From NCBI GenBank assembly GCA_035514935.1, contig DATJCF010000049.1:1-32703 (forward strand): a stretch of 32,703 nucleotides of DNA. Reading direction: 5' to 3'. This document shows, piece after piece, positions 8,053-16,599 of this stretch. The position numbers and the translations under genes are program-made. The DNA is from Rhodanobacter sp. Lineage in GTDB: Bacteria > Pseudomonadota > Gammaproteobacteria > Xanthomonadales > Rhodanobacteraceae. The notes beneath the pieces were generated by a model. That model searched no databases, was not told where the DNA came from, and saw nothing but the letters and a program-made list of their open reading frames with translations. Within the stretch, counting starts at the first letter, position 1; each line of letters starts with the position of its first letter.

Positions 8053-8359
8053 TGGCGCGCTGCTCTACCCGGGGCCCCGGCTCACGGACTTGCCGGGCAG
8101 GCGAGGGCATGAATGCCCGAGTTGAGGCAACGCAGGAGCAGTTGCCCAATGCCCGGCAAGCGCCAAGCGGGGTGCTCTTTCTCTTTGGTCACTTTCTCTT
8201 TGAGCACGCAAAGAGAAAGTGACTCGGTCGCCGAAAGCAATCGACCGCTCTTCGCTTTGGATGCAACAAGAGCAAGAGCATCGCGCGCAAGCGCGCTCCA
8301 AGGCATGCGTCGTCTGGCGCGACGGCTGAAGTGCGATGCCTGCCTTCGCAGGAATGACG
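8053..8359 (-). repeat. Composite structured repeat, right copy (inverted)
   Basis: Reverse complement matches 439-480, 538-664, 681-699 and 797-821. Perfect 15-bp stem GTCACTTTCTCTTTG-AGCACG-CAAAGAGAAAGTGAC at 8188-8223; REP GATGCCTGCCTTCGCAGGAATGACG at 8335-8359. Confidence 0.9.
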
Positions 8360-8383
8360 AGCGAGCGAGATCGGGGCTTCCGG

Positions 8384-9616
8384 CTACGGCGCCCGCTTCA
8401 ACGCCAGCACCGCATTCAACCCCCCGAACGCAAACGAATTGCTGAGCACCGCCCGCACTGGCATCTCGCGTGCCACGTTCGGCACATAGTCGAGGTCGCA
8501 GGCCGGGTCGACATGGTCGAGGTTTGCAGTGGGTGGCACCACGCCATCGCGCAGGGCGCCGATGGCGGCGACCAGTTCCAGGGCGCCGGAGGCGCCCAGG
8601 GCGTGGCCGTGCATGGACTTGGTGGAGGACACCGCGAGGCGGTTGGCGTGTTCGCCGAAGGCGAGGTGGATGGCCCTTGTTTCGGTGACGTCGTTGGCCG
8701 GGGTGCCGGTGCCGTGGGCGTTGATGTAGTCGACGTCTTCGGGGTTCAGTTCGGCGTCGATCAGGGCCTGACGCATCGCGGCGGCGGCGCCGTCGGCGCT
8801 GGGCATCACGATGTCGGTGGCGTCGGCGGTCATGCCGCAGCCGGCCAGTTCGGTGAGGATGGTGGCGCCGCGGGCGCGGGCGTGTTCCAGCGATTCGAGC
8901 ACGAAGATGGCGGCGCCTTCGCCCAGCACCAGGCCGTGGCGGTTGACGCTGAAGGGGCGGCAGGTGTCGTCGGCCAGTACGCGCATGGCTTCCCATGCGC
9001 GCAGCGCGCCATAGGTGAGGCAGGCTTCGGTGCCGCCGGTGACGGCGGCGTCGGCCAGGCCGTAGCGGATCTGCTGCACGGCCTGGATGATCGCGTGGTT
9101 GGCCGAGGCGCAGGCGCTGGCCACCGCGTAGGTGGGGCCGCGCAGGCCGTGGGCGATGCTGATGTGGCTGGCGGAGGCGTTGGTCATCAGGCGCACGATG
9201 GTGAGCGGGTGCGCGCGCGGGGCGTTGTCGGCGTAGAGGCGGCGGCTTTGTTCGTCCTGGGTGGTTTCGCCGCCGACGCCGGTGCCCACGATCACCGCGG
9301 TGCGCAGGCCCAGCCCGTCGCGGCTGAAGTCCACGCCGGATTGCGCCACTGCTTCGCGCGCCGCGTGCAGAGCGAATTCGGAGGTGCGGTCGAGCAGCGG
9401 CAGGACGCGTTCGTCGATGTTGGCGGCGGGATCGAAATCCGCCGACACCTGCGCGGCGATTTTCACGCGCAGGCGCGCGGCGTCCGGGTGGCGCAGCGGA
9501 CCGATCGCGCTGCGGCCTTCGCGCAGGCCTTGCCACAGCGCCGCGGCGCCCACGCCCAGCGGGCTGATTGCGCCCATGCCGGTGATCACCACGCGCCGCG
9601 TCGACACGGTGGGCAT
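8384..9616 (-). CDS. Beta-ketoacyl-ACP synthase (FabF family, NodE-like)
   Basis: RRVVITGMG; SACAS (catalytic Cys), NAHGTGT, STKSMHGHALG, SNSFAFGG. Start ATG 9616 overlaps the ACP stop (TGATG). Confidence 0.95.
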   Translation of the reverse strand: MPTVSTRRVVITGMGAISPLGVGAAALWQGLREGRSAIGPLRHPDAARLRVKIAAQVSADFDPAANIDERVLPLLDRTSEFALHAAREAVAQSGVDFSRDGLGLRTAVIVGTGVGGETTQDEQSRRLYADNAPRAHPLTIVRLMTNASASHISIAHGLRGPTYAVASACASANHAIIQAVQQIRYGLADAAVTGGTEACLTYGALRAWEAMRVLADDTCRPFSVNRHGLVLGEGAAIFVLESLEHARARGATILTELAGCGMTADATDIVMPSADGAAAAMRQALIDAELNPEDVDYINAHGTGTPANDVTETRAIHLAFGEHANRLAVSSTKSMHGHALGASGALELVAAIGALRDGVVPPTANLDHVDPACDLDYVPNVAREMPVRAVLSNSFAFGGLNAVLALKRAP

Positions 9617-9888
9617 CACTTGCTCCCTTCGCCGGCGGCGGTCTTGTCGTCCAGCGCTTTCTGCACCGCATCGGCCAGGCTTTGGGCGGTGTCGGTGTCG
9701 AAGTTGGCGCCTTGCTGGTCGGGGAAGGTGATGTCGAAGTGCTCCTCGATGTCGAAGATCATCTCGATCGCCTCCAGTGAGGCGACGCCCAGATCCTTCA
9801 GGGTGGACTCGGGGCGGATGGTCGCCAGGTCGACCTTGGCCTGGCTGGCGATGATCTCGAACACTTGCTGCTGGATCGTTGCGGTCAT
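9616..9888 (-). CDS. Acyl carrier protein
   Basis: 90 aa, acidic; LKDLGVASLEAIEMIFDIEEHFDI with the phosphopantetheine Ser; GAGG RBS upstream of ATG 9888. Confidence 0.92.
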   Translation of the reverse strand: MTATIQQQVFEIIASQAKVDLATIRPESTLKDLGVASLEAIEMIFDIEEHFDITFPDQQGANFDTDTAQSLADAVQKALDDKTAAGEGSK

Positions 9889-9981
9889 GACGATGTCCTC
9901 GGTGGCAGGCAGCGATGGAAGGCTCGCGCAAGGTGCCCCGCGCAAACTGCTACGGCACAGTCTAGGTATCCGAGCTTACGC

Positions 9982-11052
9982 ATGCCTTTCATCGCACAAC
10001 TGGAGCCGGATGCGCTGCTGGCGGCGTTCATGCGGGAACCGCCGGATGGTTTCGCGGCGGATCAATCGCCGCAGGGCATGCCGGCCTTCGTGGCGCCGTT
10101 CGACCTGCTGACCACCGCCGACGACGCGCTGCGCCGCCGCGTGGAGAGACTGCCGTTGTACCGCCACTGGCGCCGGCTGCTGCGCTGGCGCACCCGCTTT
10201 GCCGGCACCACCGTGAGCGAGTACGCGCCGCTGCCGTCACAGGTGCCGCCGGCGCTGCTGGCGCGTGAGTTGAAGACCGCCTTCGGGCGCCAGTGCCGCC
10301 TGCTGGTGGTGAAAGACATCGCGCAGGATTCGCCCCTGCTGGGCGCGGCCGACAATGCATATGCGCGCGCCTTCGCCAGCGCCTGCGAGGCCGAGGGCTT
10401 CGTGCTGCTGGAGGGTCAGGCGCTGGCCTGGGTGCCGATCGACTTCGCCTCGCAGGACGACTACCTGGCGCGGCTGTCGTCGGGTCGGCGGAAGAATATC
10501 CGGCGCAAGCTGCGCTCGCGGGCGGAGCTTGAGATCGAGGCGATCCCGACCGGCGACGCGCGCTTTTTCGACGAGCCCACGCTGGCCGCTTTCCACACGC
10601 TGTTCGACAACGTGTACGCGCAAAGCGACGTCCATTTCGATCGCCCCGGCGCCGGCTTCTTCCGCGACATCCTGCGGGATGCCGGCAGCGCCGGCGTGGT
10701 GTTCGTGTACCGGCACCAGGGGCGGATGATCGGCTGGAACCTCTGCTACGAATACGGCAACAAGCTGGTCGACAAGTATGTCGGTTTTGCCTACCCGCAG
10801 GCGCGCGAGCACAACCTGTATTTCGTCAGCTGGATGCACAACCTCGACTACGCGCGAGCGCGCGGACTGAGCCATTACGTCGCCGGCTGGACCGACCCCG
10901 AGGTGAAGGCTTTCCTCGGTGCCCACATGACCTTCACCCGCCACGCGGTGTATGCGCGCCATCCCTTGCTGCGCGCGCTGCTGCGCCGGCTGGGCAACCA
11001 TTTCGAAAGCGACCGCCGCTGGCAGGACGCGAACGGGGCCGCCGATGCGTGA
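9982..11052 (+). CDS. GNAT-fold protein, FemAB-like / peptidoglycan biosynthesis-recognition family
   Basis: DDYLARLSSGRRKNIRRKLR, GWNLC..KYVGF..NLYF and GWTDPEVKAFLGA patterns of FemAB-like double-GNAT proteins; start ATG 9982. Confidence 0.75.
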   Translation: MPFIAQLEPDALLAAFMREPPDGFAADQSPQGMPAFVAPFDLLTTADDALRRRVERLPLYRHWRRLLRWRTRFAGTTVSEYAPLPSQVPPALLARELKTAFGRQCRLLVVKDIAQDSPLLGAADNAYARAFASACEAEGFVLLEGQALAWVPIDFASQDDYLARLSSGRRKNIRRKLRSRAELEIEAIPTGDARFFDEPTLAAFHTLFDNVYAQSDVHFDRPGAGFFRDILRDAGSAGVVFVYRHQGRMIGWNLCYEYGNKLVDKYVGFAYPQAREHNLYFVSWMHNLDYARARGLSHYVAGWTDPEVKAFLGAHMTFTRHAVYARHPLLRALLRRLGNHFESDRRWQDANGAADA

Positions 11053-11923
11053 GCTCGCCCATCGCCCCGTCGTGCTGGATATCGACCATTCCGTTGGGCC
11101 GTTGCCCGGCCGGCTGGTGCTGCCGCTGGAGCACTGGCAGGAGCCGATCCGTTTCGGTTGTTCGCTGGCGACCATGCGGCGTTTCGGTGTGATGCTGGAC
11201 GAGCTGATGCCTGACGCGCATGGCACGGTGTTCACCGGCAGCGGCGATTTCCATCACCTGAGTTGGCCGCTGATCGCCCGGCTTCATACGCGCACGCCGT
11301 TCCAGGTGGTGGTGCTGGACAACCACCCGGACAACATGCGCTTTCCGTTCGGCGTGCATTGCGGGTCATGGGTGCGCAAGGTGGCGATGTTGCCCGGCGT
11401 GGCGCATGTGCATGTGCTGGGCATCACCTCCGGTGACATTGGCGCGGCGCATGCGTGGGAGAACTATCTGGCCCCGCTGCGCCACGGGAAGCTCACTTGC
11501 TGGAGCATCGGCGTGGATACCGGCTGGGCGCGGCGGTTCGGGTTGGCGCGGGCCTTTCGTGGTTTCGATACGCCCGAGGCGATGGTCGATGCGTTTGTCG
11601 AGGCGCAACGCGGCCAGCACCTGCCCAGCTATCTGTCGATCGACAAGGATGTGTTCGCGGCCGACGTGGCACGCACCAACTGGGACCAGGGCCGGCTGCA
11701 ACTGCCGCATGCGCAGGCGCTGATCGGCAGCATGCATCGAGGGCTGGTCGGCAGCGATATCAACGGCGAGATCTCGCACTACCGCTACCGCAGCTGGTGG
11801 AAGCGCAGGCTGTCGGCGCTGGATGGGCAGCCTGCGGTCGATCCGGCTGAACTCGCCGGCTGGCAGGCGCAGCAGCATGCACTGAACCTGCAATTGCTGG
11901 CAGCGATTGCGGACCGCAACTGA
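11045..11923 (+). CDS. Arginase/ureohydrolase-fold metallohydrolase of unknown substrate
   Basis: GSGDFHH, LDNHPD (DxHxD) and SIDKDV (SxDxD) metal-ligand motifs; overlaps the upstream gene by 8 nt. Confidence 0.75.
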   Translation: MRELAHRPVVLDIDHSVGPLPGRLVLPLEHWQEPIRFGCSLATMRRFGVMLDELMPDAHGTVFTGSGDFHHLSWPLIARLHTRTPFQVVVLDNHPDNMRFPFGVHCGSWVRKVAMLPGVAHVHVLGITSGDIGAAHAWENYLAPLRHGKLTCWSIGVDTGWARRFGLARAFRGFDTPEAMVDAFVEAQRGQHLPSYLSIDKDVFAADVARTNWDQGRLQLPHAQALIGSMHRGLVGSDINGEISHYRYRSWWKRRLSALDGQPAVDPAELAGWQAQQHALNLQLLAAIADRN

Positions 11924-11925
11924 AG

Positions 11926-13137
11926 TCAGCCCGACGCGGCTTCCAGTACGTCGCAGACGACTTTGAAATCGGCGTCCGTCATCCAGGGGCTGTTGCTGAC
12001 GGTGAGGCTGCGTTCGGCAAAATCGCGCGCGTTCGGCACCGCCTGCGCCGGCACCATGTCGCCGAGGTTGGGGTAATCGGGCAGGGCGTGGATGAACAGC
12101 CGGCTGACGCCGTGGCCGGATGTCCACAACACATCGAGGGCGGCGTCGCGGCGTTGCCGGTCCGGCAGCAACAGCAGGAAAAACGGCCAGGTGCCATGCG
12201 CGCCGGGCGGATCATCCATCACGCGCACGCCCTTGATCCGGCGCAACCGGGTCAGGCGGCGGCGTGCCAGCGTGTCGAGTTGATGCAGGAACGCCGGCAA
12301 CCGCATCGCCGCCCGCGCGCCCACGGCCTGTCGCCAGCGGCCTGCCTTGTGCAGCGGAATGGTCGGCGGGAAATCGTCACCCACCGCGGCAACCGGGTCG
12401 CCGCGGCGCAGCGCGCGGCGCAGCGGGTCGCCGTAGGCCCAGCGCAATCCGGCGGGCTGGTACAGCGCGGCGTAGCCGAGCAACTGGATCTGGCGTCGTG
12501 CTTCGCGACCCACATGTCGCGGCGCGATGCGCGCGGCGATGCTGGCGCAGCGGGCGCGCCATTCCGGGTCGCGCGCCAGCAGCAAGCCGCCCTCGTAGAT
12601 CGACAAGCCCTTGCCGGCAGCGAGGCTGAAGAAGCCCAGGTCGCCGGCCAGGCCCACGCTGATGCCATCGCGACGGGCGCCGAGCGCCTGCGCGGCATCC
12701 TCGATCACGTACGCGCCGACGTTGTTGGCGACCGCCAGCGCATCGTCGACATCGGCGACGCGGCCGGCCAGATGGGTGGGGATGATCGCCAGCGTGCGTT
12801 CGTCGCAGCACTCGCGCAGTGCCGTCGGGTCCATGTCGTAATGACCATGGCGCAGATCGCACAGCTGCAATTCCAGCCCGGCCTGGCGCACCGCAATGGC
12901 GACCAGCGGGCAGGTGAAGGCGGGTACCACCACATGGGTGCGCCGTGGCTGTTCCTCGCGCAGCGCCGTCAACGCGATCACCAGCGCGGCGCTGCCCGAA
13001 CACTCCAGTTGCAGCGGCGGGGTATCCAGTTGTGCCGCGATATCCGCCGCCAGCGTCGGCGCGCGCGCACGCAGGTCGGACCATTGCAGCGGCAGGCCGG
13101 CGGTGGGCGGCAGCTCGTGCTGGCGACGCGGCAGCAT
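11926..13137 (-). CDS. DegT/DnrJ/EryC1/StrS family PLP-dependent aminotransferase
   Basis: VVVPAFTC, PTHLAG, IEDAAQALG and FFSLAAGKGL (Schiff-base Lys retained). Confidence 0.88.
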   Translation of the reverse strand: MLPRRQHELPPTAGLPLQWSDLRARAPTLAADIAAQLDTPPLQLECSGSAALVIALTALREEQPRRTHVVVPAFTCPLVAIAVRQAGLELQLCDLRHGHYDMDPTALRECCDERTLAIIPTHLAGRVADVDDALAVANNVGAYVIEDAAQALGARRDGISVGLAGDLGFFSLAAGKGLSIYEGGLLLARDPEWRARCASIAARIAPRHVGREARRQIQLLGYAALYQPAGLRWAYGDPLRRALRRGDPVAAVGDDFPPTIPLHKAGRWRQAVGARAAMRLPAFLHQLDTLARRRLTRLRRIKGVRVMDDPPGAHGTWPFFLLLLPDRQRRDAALDVLWTSGHGVSRLFIHALPDYPNLGDMVPAQAVPNARDFAERSLTVSNSPWMTDADFKVVCDVLEAASG

Positions 13138-13143
13138 GGGGTG

Positions 13144-13539
13144 TCAGCCGGCGCTCGCGGCGGGCGGCGTTTCGCGGCTTTCGGCGAAGCCGAGGCAGAC
13201 GATGCCGGCCACGATCGCGATGGCGCCGAGCAGGCGCGCGGCGTCCAGGTGCTCGCCGAACAACCAGATCGACAGCGCCATCACCGACACCACTTCCAGG
13301 TGCGAGGCGGCGAAGGCCGGGCCGATCGGCGCGTGTTTCAGCAATGCCATCCAGGTGAAAAACGCGCCGACGTAACCGATCAGTGCGCCGTAGATCCACG
13401 GCTGCCCGAACACGCGCAGCAGCCACGCCAGGCTGGCGGCCACCGGCAGCGCCTGCGTGCCGGCGTACTTGAAGCTGATCTGCGCCAGGGTGTCGAAACC
13501 CATCAGCAGCAGGAAGCCGAACAGGTAGAAGCGTTTCAT
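13144..13539 (-). CDS. Small 4-TM DMT/SMR-type transporter (ArnE/F-like)
   Basis: 131 aa, hydrophobic; WMALLKHAPIGPAFA, LFGEHL; start ATG 13539 overlaps the partner's stop. Confidence 0.82.
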   Translation of the reverse strand: MKRFYLFGFLLLMGFDTLAQISFKYAGTQALPVAASLAWLLRVFGQPWIYGALIGYVGAFFTWMALLKHAPIGPAFAASHLEVVSVMALSIWLFGEHLDAARLLGAIAIVAGIVCLGFAESRETPPAASAG

Positions 13540-13913
13540 CCGGCCAGCCCCACGATCGTCACGCCCAGCGTAACCAGCAGGATGCCGGCGACGCGCAGGC
13601 GGGTCAGCCGTTCGCCGAACAGGTAACGCCCCGCGATCATGATCGCCACGATATTGATCGACCCCAGCAGCACGCCTTCGGACAGCGGAATCAGCGACAG
13701 GAACGCGATCCACACCAGGAATTCGAAGACGTAGCAGGCCACGCCCAGCCAGAGCCACGGGCGCGCCGCCATGTAGGCCCATCGCGCCAGCCCATCGCCG
13801 GCGCGTTGATCACCGGCGGCCGCCTTGAACGACAGCTGGCCGCCGGTATCCAGCACGATGTTGAGCAGCCACAGGCCGCCGATCAGGGGAGAAAGGGAGG
13901 CCGCCGCCAGCAT
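13536..13913 (-). CDS. Small 4-TM DMT/SMR-type transporter (ArnE/F-like)
   Basis: 125 aa; GQLSFK, FLSLIPLS, LFGERLT..R..G..L...GV motifs; start ATG 13913. Confidence 0.82.
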   Translation of the reverse strand: MLAAASLSPLIGGLWLLNIVLDTGGQLSFKAAAGDQRAGDGLARWAYMAARPWLWLGVACYVFEFLVWIAFLSLIPLSEGVLLGSINIVAIMIAGRYLFGERLTRLRVAGILLVTLGVTIVGLAG

Positions 13914-13915
13914 CG

Positions 13916-14752
13916 TCAGGCCTCGGCCAGGCGGGCGGGTGCGCTGGCGGCAATCGACCCGAAGAATGCGGCCGAGCGCTCGACCAGGGCGCGGCGCTGC
14001 TTGTCCACGGTGATCATGTGGTAGCTGTCGTCCAGCAGCAGCAGCTCGGTGGGTGCGCTTACGCGGCGCAGCACCAGTTCGGCATTCCACACGCTGGCCA
14101 CGTCGTCCTCGCTGGCGTGGGCAACCAGGCAGGGCGAGGTCACCTGCGGCAAGCGCCGGCGCACGTCCGCTGCCAGTGCGTACATCTCGGCCAGCGAATA
14201 CCAGGGGTTGCCGGGCAGGCCGGCGGCGGCGCTGTCACCACCGAGCATCGCGCTGCTGATCTGCGCGCGCAGGCGTTCGTCGCGGATGCCGTACGGCGGC
14301 TGCTCCATGAAGCTGCGATGGCGGCCGATGCCGACGGCCTTCAGCAGCGGCAGCAGGAACGACAACCGCGCCATGCGCGGAATGCTCCAGCCGTCGTAGC
14401 GGAAGGTGGCGCCGTAGACGCCCACGCCGGCGATCCGACCGGGCCGGTCCGCGGCCAGCTTGAGCGCCAGCAGGGCGCCCATCGACAGGCCGCCCACGAA
14501 GAGCTGGTCGACCTTGCCGAGCATGTCGTCGGCGGCCCGCTCGACGCTGGCGTACCAGTCGCGCCAGCCGGTGGCGAGCAGATCATCGACGTTGCCGCAG
14601 TGGCCGGCCAGCTGCATGCCGCAGACGGTGAAGCCGGCGCGGTTCAGGCCCTTGCCGAGCAGCCGCATTTCCATCGGCGTGCCGGTGAGGCCGTGGATCA
14701 GCAGCACGCCGCGGCGGCCACCTTCGAAGAAAAAATCAGTCGGCTGGATCAC
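13916..14752 (-). CDS. Alpha/beta hydrolase (carboxylesterase / monoacylglycerol-lipase-like)
   Basis: LLIHGLTG oxyanion loop, GLSMG nucleophile elbow, EDD acid and SYHM catalytic His. Confidence 0.9.
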   Translation of the reverse strand: MIQPTDFFFEGGRRGVLLIHGLTGTPMEMRLLGKGLNRAGFTVCGMQLAGHCGNVDDLLATGWRDWYASVERAADDMLGKVDQLFVGGLSMGALLALKLAADRPGRIAGVGVYGATFRYDGWSIPRMARLSFLLPLLKAVGIGRHRSFMEQPPYGIRDERLRAQISSAMLGGDSAAAGLPGNPWYSLAEMYALAADVRRRLPQVTSPCLVAHASEDDVASVWNAELVLRRVSAPTELLLLDDSYHMITVDKQRRALVERSAAFFGSIAASAPARLAEA

Positions 14753-14836
14753 GCGATAAACCTTGCGAACAAACGGTGCCGTCGTGAAAACGGCGGTCGC
14801 TCCCGGGACTTTCGAGGGTGGCAGAACGCGGTTTCC

Positions 14837-15841
14837 TCAGCCTTTCGGCGCCACCGCCGGCGCGGCCGACGTCGGCGCGAAACGCACGATCACCCGCTGG
14901 CCGATGCGCAGGTTCTGCGGCTGGTCGAAGGTCAGCACGCATTCCACGGTGCGGGCGTTGGCGCGCACCTGCGGGTCGGTTTCCAGCGTGGCCTGGTCGT
15001 AGACCTCGCCCACCCGCAGCACATGGGCGCTCCAGTGCGCGTGGTCGCTGTCGCTGTTGATAGCCACGTCCGCACGCATGCCCGGGTGCACCACGCCGAC
15101 AAAACTCTCGTTGAGTTCCGCGCGGACGATGCGCGGCTTCTGCGGCAACAGGGTGAACAGCGCCCCGGACGACGGCGACACGTGGGCACCGACCTGGGCC
15201 GACACGCGCACCACGTCGGCGTCCACCGGCGCCAGCAACTTCTGCTGCTTCAGCACGTAGCGGGCCGCCGCCAGTTTCTGGTCCGCCATCGCCACCGCGG
15301 CCTGCGCGGCTTGCCGTTCGGCGTCCAGTTGTGCCGCGGCTTCGCGGGCGTCGTCGGCACTCTGCCCGTCGCCGGCACCGGCGGCCGCGGCTGCAACCAG
15401 GCGCTGCGCACGCTGCTTCGCGGCGGCTTGCTTGATGCCCAGCAAGGTCACCTGCGCCTGCGCCTGTTCCTGCCCGGTCATCGCCGCATCGACCGCCAAC
15501 GTGGCTGGCGCGTCATCGAGTTCGGCCAACAGCTGGCCGCGCCGGACATGGTCGCCCTCATGCACGGCCACCGTGACCAGGGTGCCTTCCTGCGCCATCG
15601 ACAGATTCAGCAGGCCGCCCTCGATGTCGATCCTGCCGCGTGCCACGGCGGCGTAGGACGAGGTGGGCGCGCTGGCCGTGGCGGGCGTATCGGCTGCGCC
15701 GGAGCAGGCAACCAGGGCGACGCCCATCGGCAGCAGCAGGCAGCCCCGCCGAACCGACGTGGGCAACTGCCAGCGTCGGCGTGCGCGCGGCGGCATGTCG
15801 TGCCGCGTCGGGGCGGGCCGCTTCGTGGGGGACCGTTTCAT
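14837..15841 (-). CDS. HlyD-family membrane fusion protein (DevB-like)
   Basis: LVAC lipobox-like segment, VHEGDHVRRGQLLAELD, LLAPVDA; ATG 15841 overlaps the ATPase stop (true start could be later). Confidence 0.88.
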   Translation of the reverse strand: MKRSPTKRPAPTRHDMPPRARRRWQLPTSVRRGCLLLPMGVALVACSGAADTPATASAPTSSYAAVARGRIDIEGGLLNLSMAQEGTLVTVAVHEGDHVRRGQLLAELDDAPATLAVDAAMTGQEQAQAQVTLLGIKQAAAKQRAQRLVAAAAAGAGDGQSADDAREAAAQLDAERQAAQAAVAMADQKLAAARYVLKQQKLLAPVDADVVRVSAQVGAHVSPSSGALFTLLPQKPRIVRAELNESFVGVVHPGMRADVAINSDSDHAHWSAHVLRVGEVYDQATLETDPQVRANARTVECVLTFDQPQNLRIGQRVIVRFAPTSAAPAVAPKG

Positions 15842-16599
15842 GATGGCGCTCGCTTGCTGTCGATGACCGGCGCGGGGTTGCGCCGGTCGCTGAGGATGCG
15901 GCCGTCCTCCATCGCCAGCACGCGGTCGGCATGGACGACGAGGCGCGGATCGTGGCTGACGCACAGCACCGTGGTGCCGTGGGAATGGGCGATGCGATGC
16001 AGGATGTCGATGATGATCTGGCCGTTGGCGGCGTCGAGCGCACTGGTCGGCTCGTCGGCGAACAGCAGTTGCGGCTCCTTGGCCAGCGCGCGGGCGATCG
16101 CCACGCGCTGCTTCTCGCCACCGGACAGTTCGGACGGACGCAGGCGCATGCGCGGTGCCAGTCCCACTTCTTCCAGCGATTGTTGCGCGCGTTGACGTGC
16201 TGCATTGCGGCTGAGCCCCATGTGGTTCAACGGCAGCTCCACCTGCTCCAGCGCGCTCAGCGCGGGAAACAGGTTGAAGCCCTGGAACACGAAGCCGGTG
16301 TGCTCCAGGCGGAAGCGCTCCAGTGCACGCAGGTCGAGCTGGCCCAGCTCGCTGTCGAGTGCGCGCACGTGGCCACTGTCCACTTGCTGCAGGCCGCTGA
16401 GGATCGCCAGCAAGGTGCTCTTGCCGCAGCCGGATGGCCCCGAGATCAAGGTCAGTTCGGCTGCCTCGATGCTCAGCGAAAGACCATCCAGCACCTGCGT
16501 GCGTTGGCGGCCGGAGACAAAACCCTTGCTCACGGCGATGGCCTGCAGCGCGGGCGGCCGGGTGGGTTCGATGGCGCGGGAGAGAGGCATCGCGCTCAT
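15838..16599 (-). CDS. ABC transporter ATP-binding protein (LolD/MacB/DevA-like)
   Basis: GPSGCGKST Walker A, LSGGEKQRVAIARAL, ADEPTSALD; start ATG 16599. Confidence 0.95.
   Translation of the reverse strand: MSAMPLSRAIEPTRPPALQAIAVSKGFVSGRQRTQVLDGLSLSIEAAELTLISGPSGCGKSTLLAILSGLQQVDSGHVRALDSELGQLDLRALERFRLEHTGFVFQGFNLFPALSALEQVELPLNHMGLSRNAARQRAQQSLEEVGLAPRMRLRPSELSGGEKQRVAIARALAKEPQLLFADEPTSALDAANGQIIIDILHRIAHSHGTTVLCVSHDPRLVVHADRVLAMEDGRILSDRRNPAPVIDSKRAPS

Noticed and set aside
439-8359. Classical composite transposon or IS-bounded element
   Set aside because: No transposase ORF in either repeat and no target-site duplication in the flanks. Kept only as a non-autonomous cassette hypothesis.
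14018-16195. Long antisense or alternative-frame ORFs (also 4704-6167, 8336-10111, 12088-13626, 22586-24535, 27929-29431)
   Set aside because: Shadow ORFs expected in high-GC DNA opposite well-supported genes; low-complexity Arg/Ala/Gly-rich translations with no motifs.
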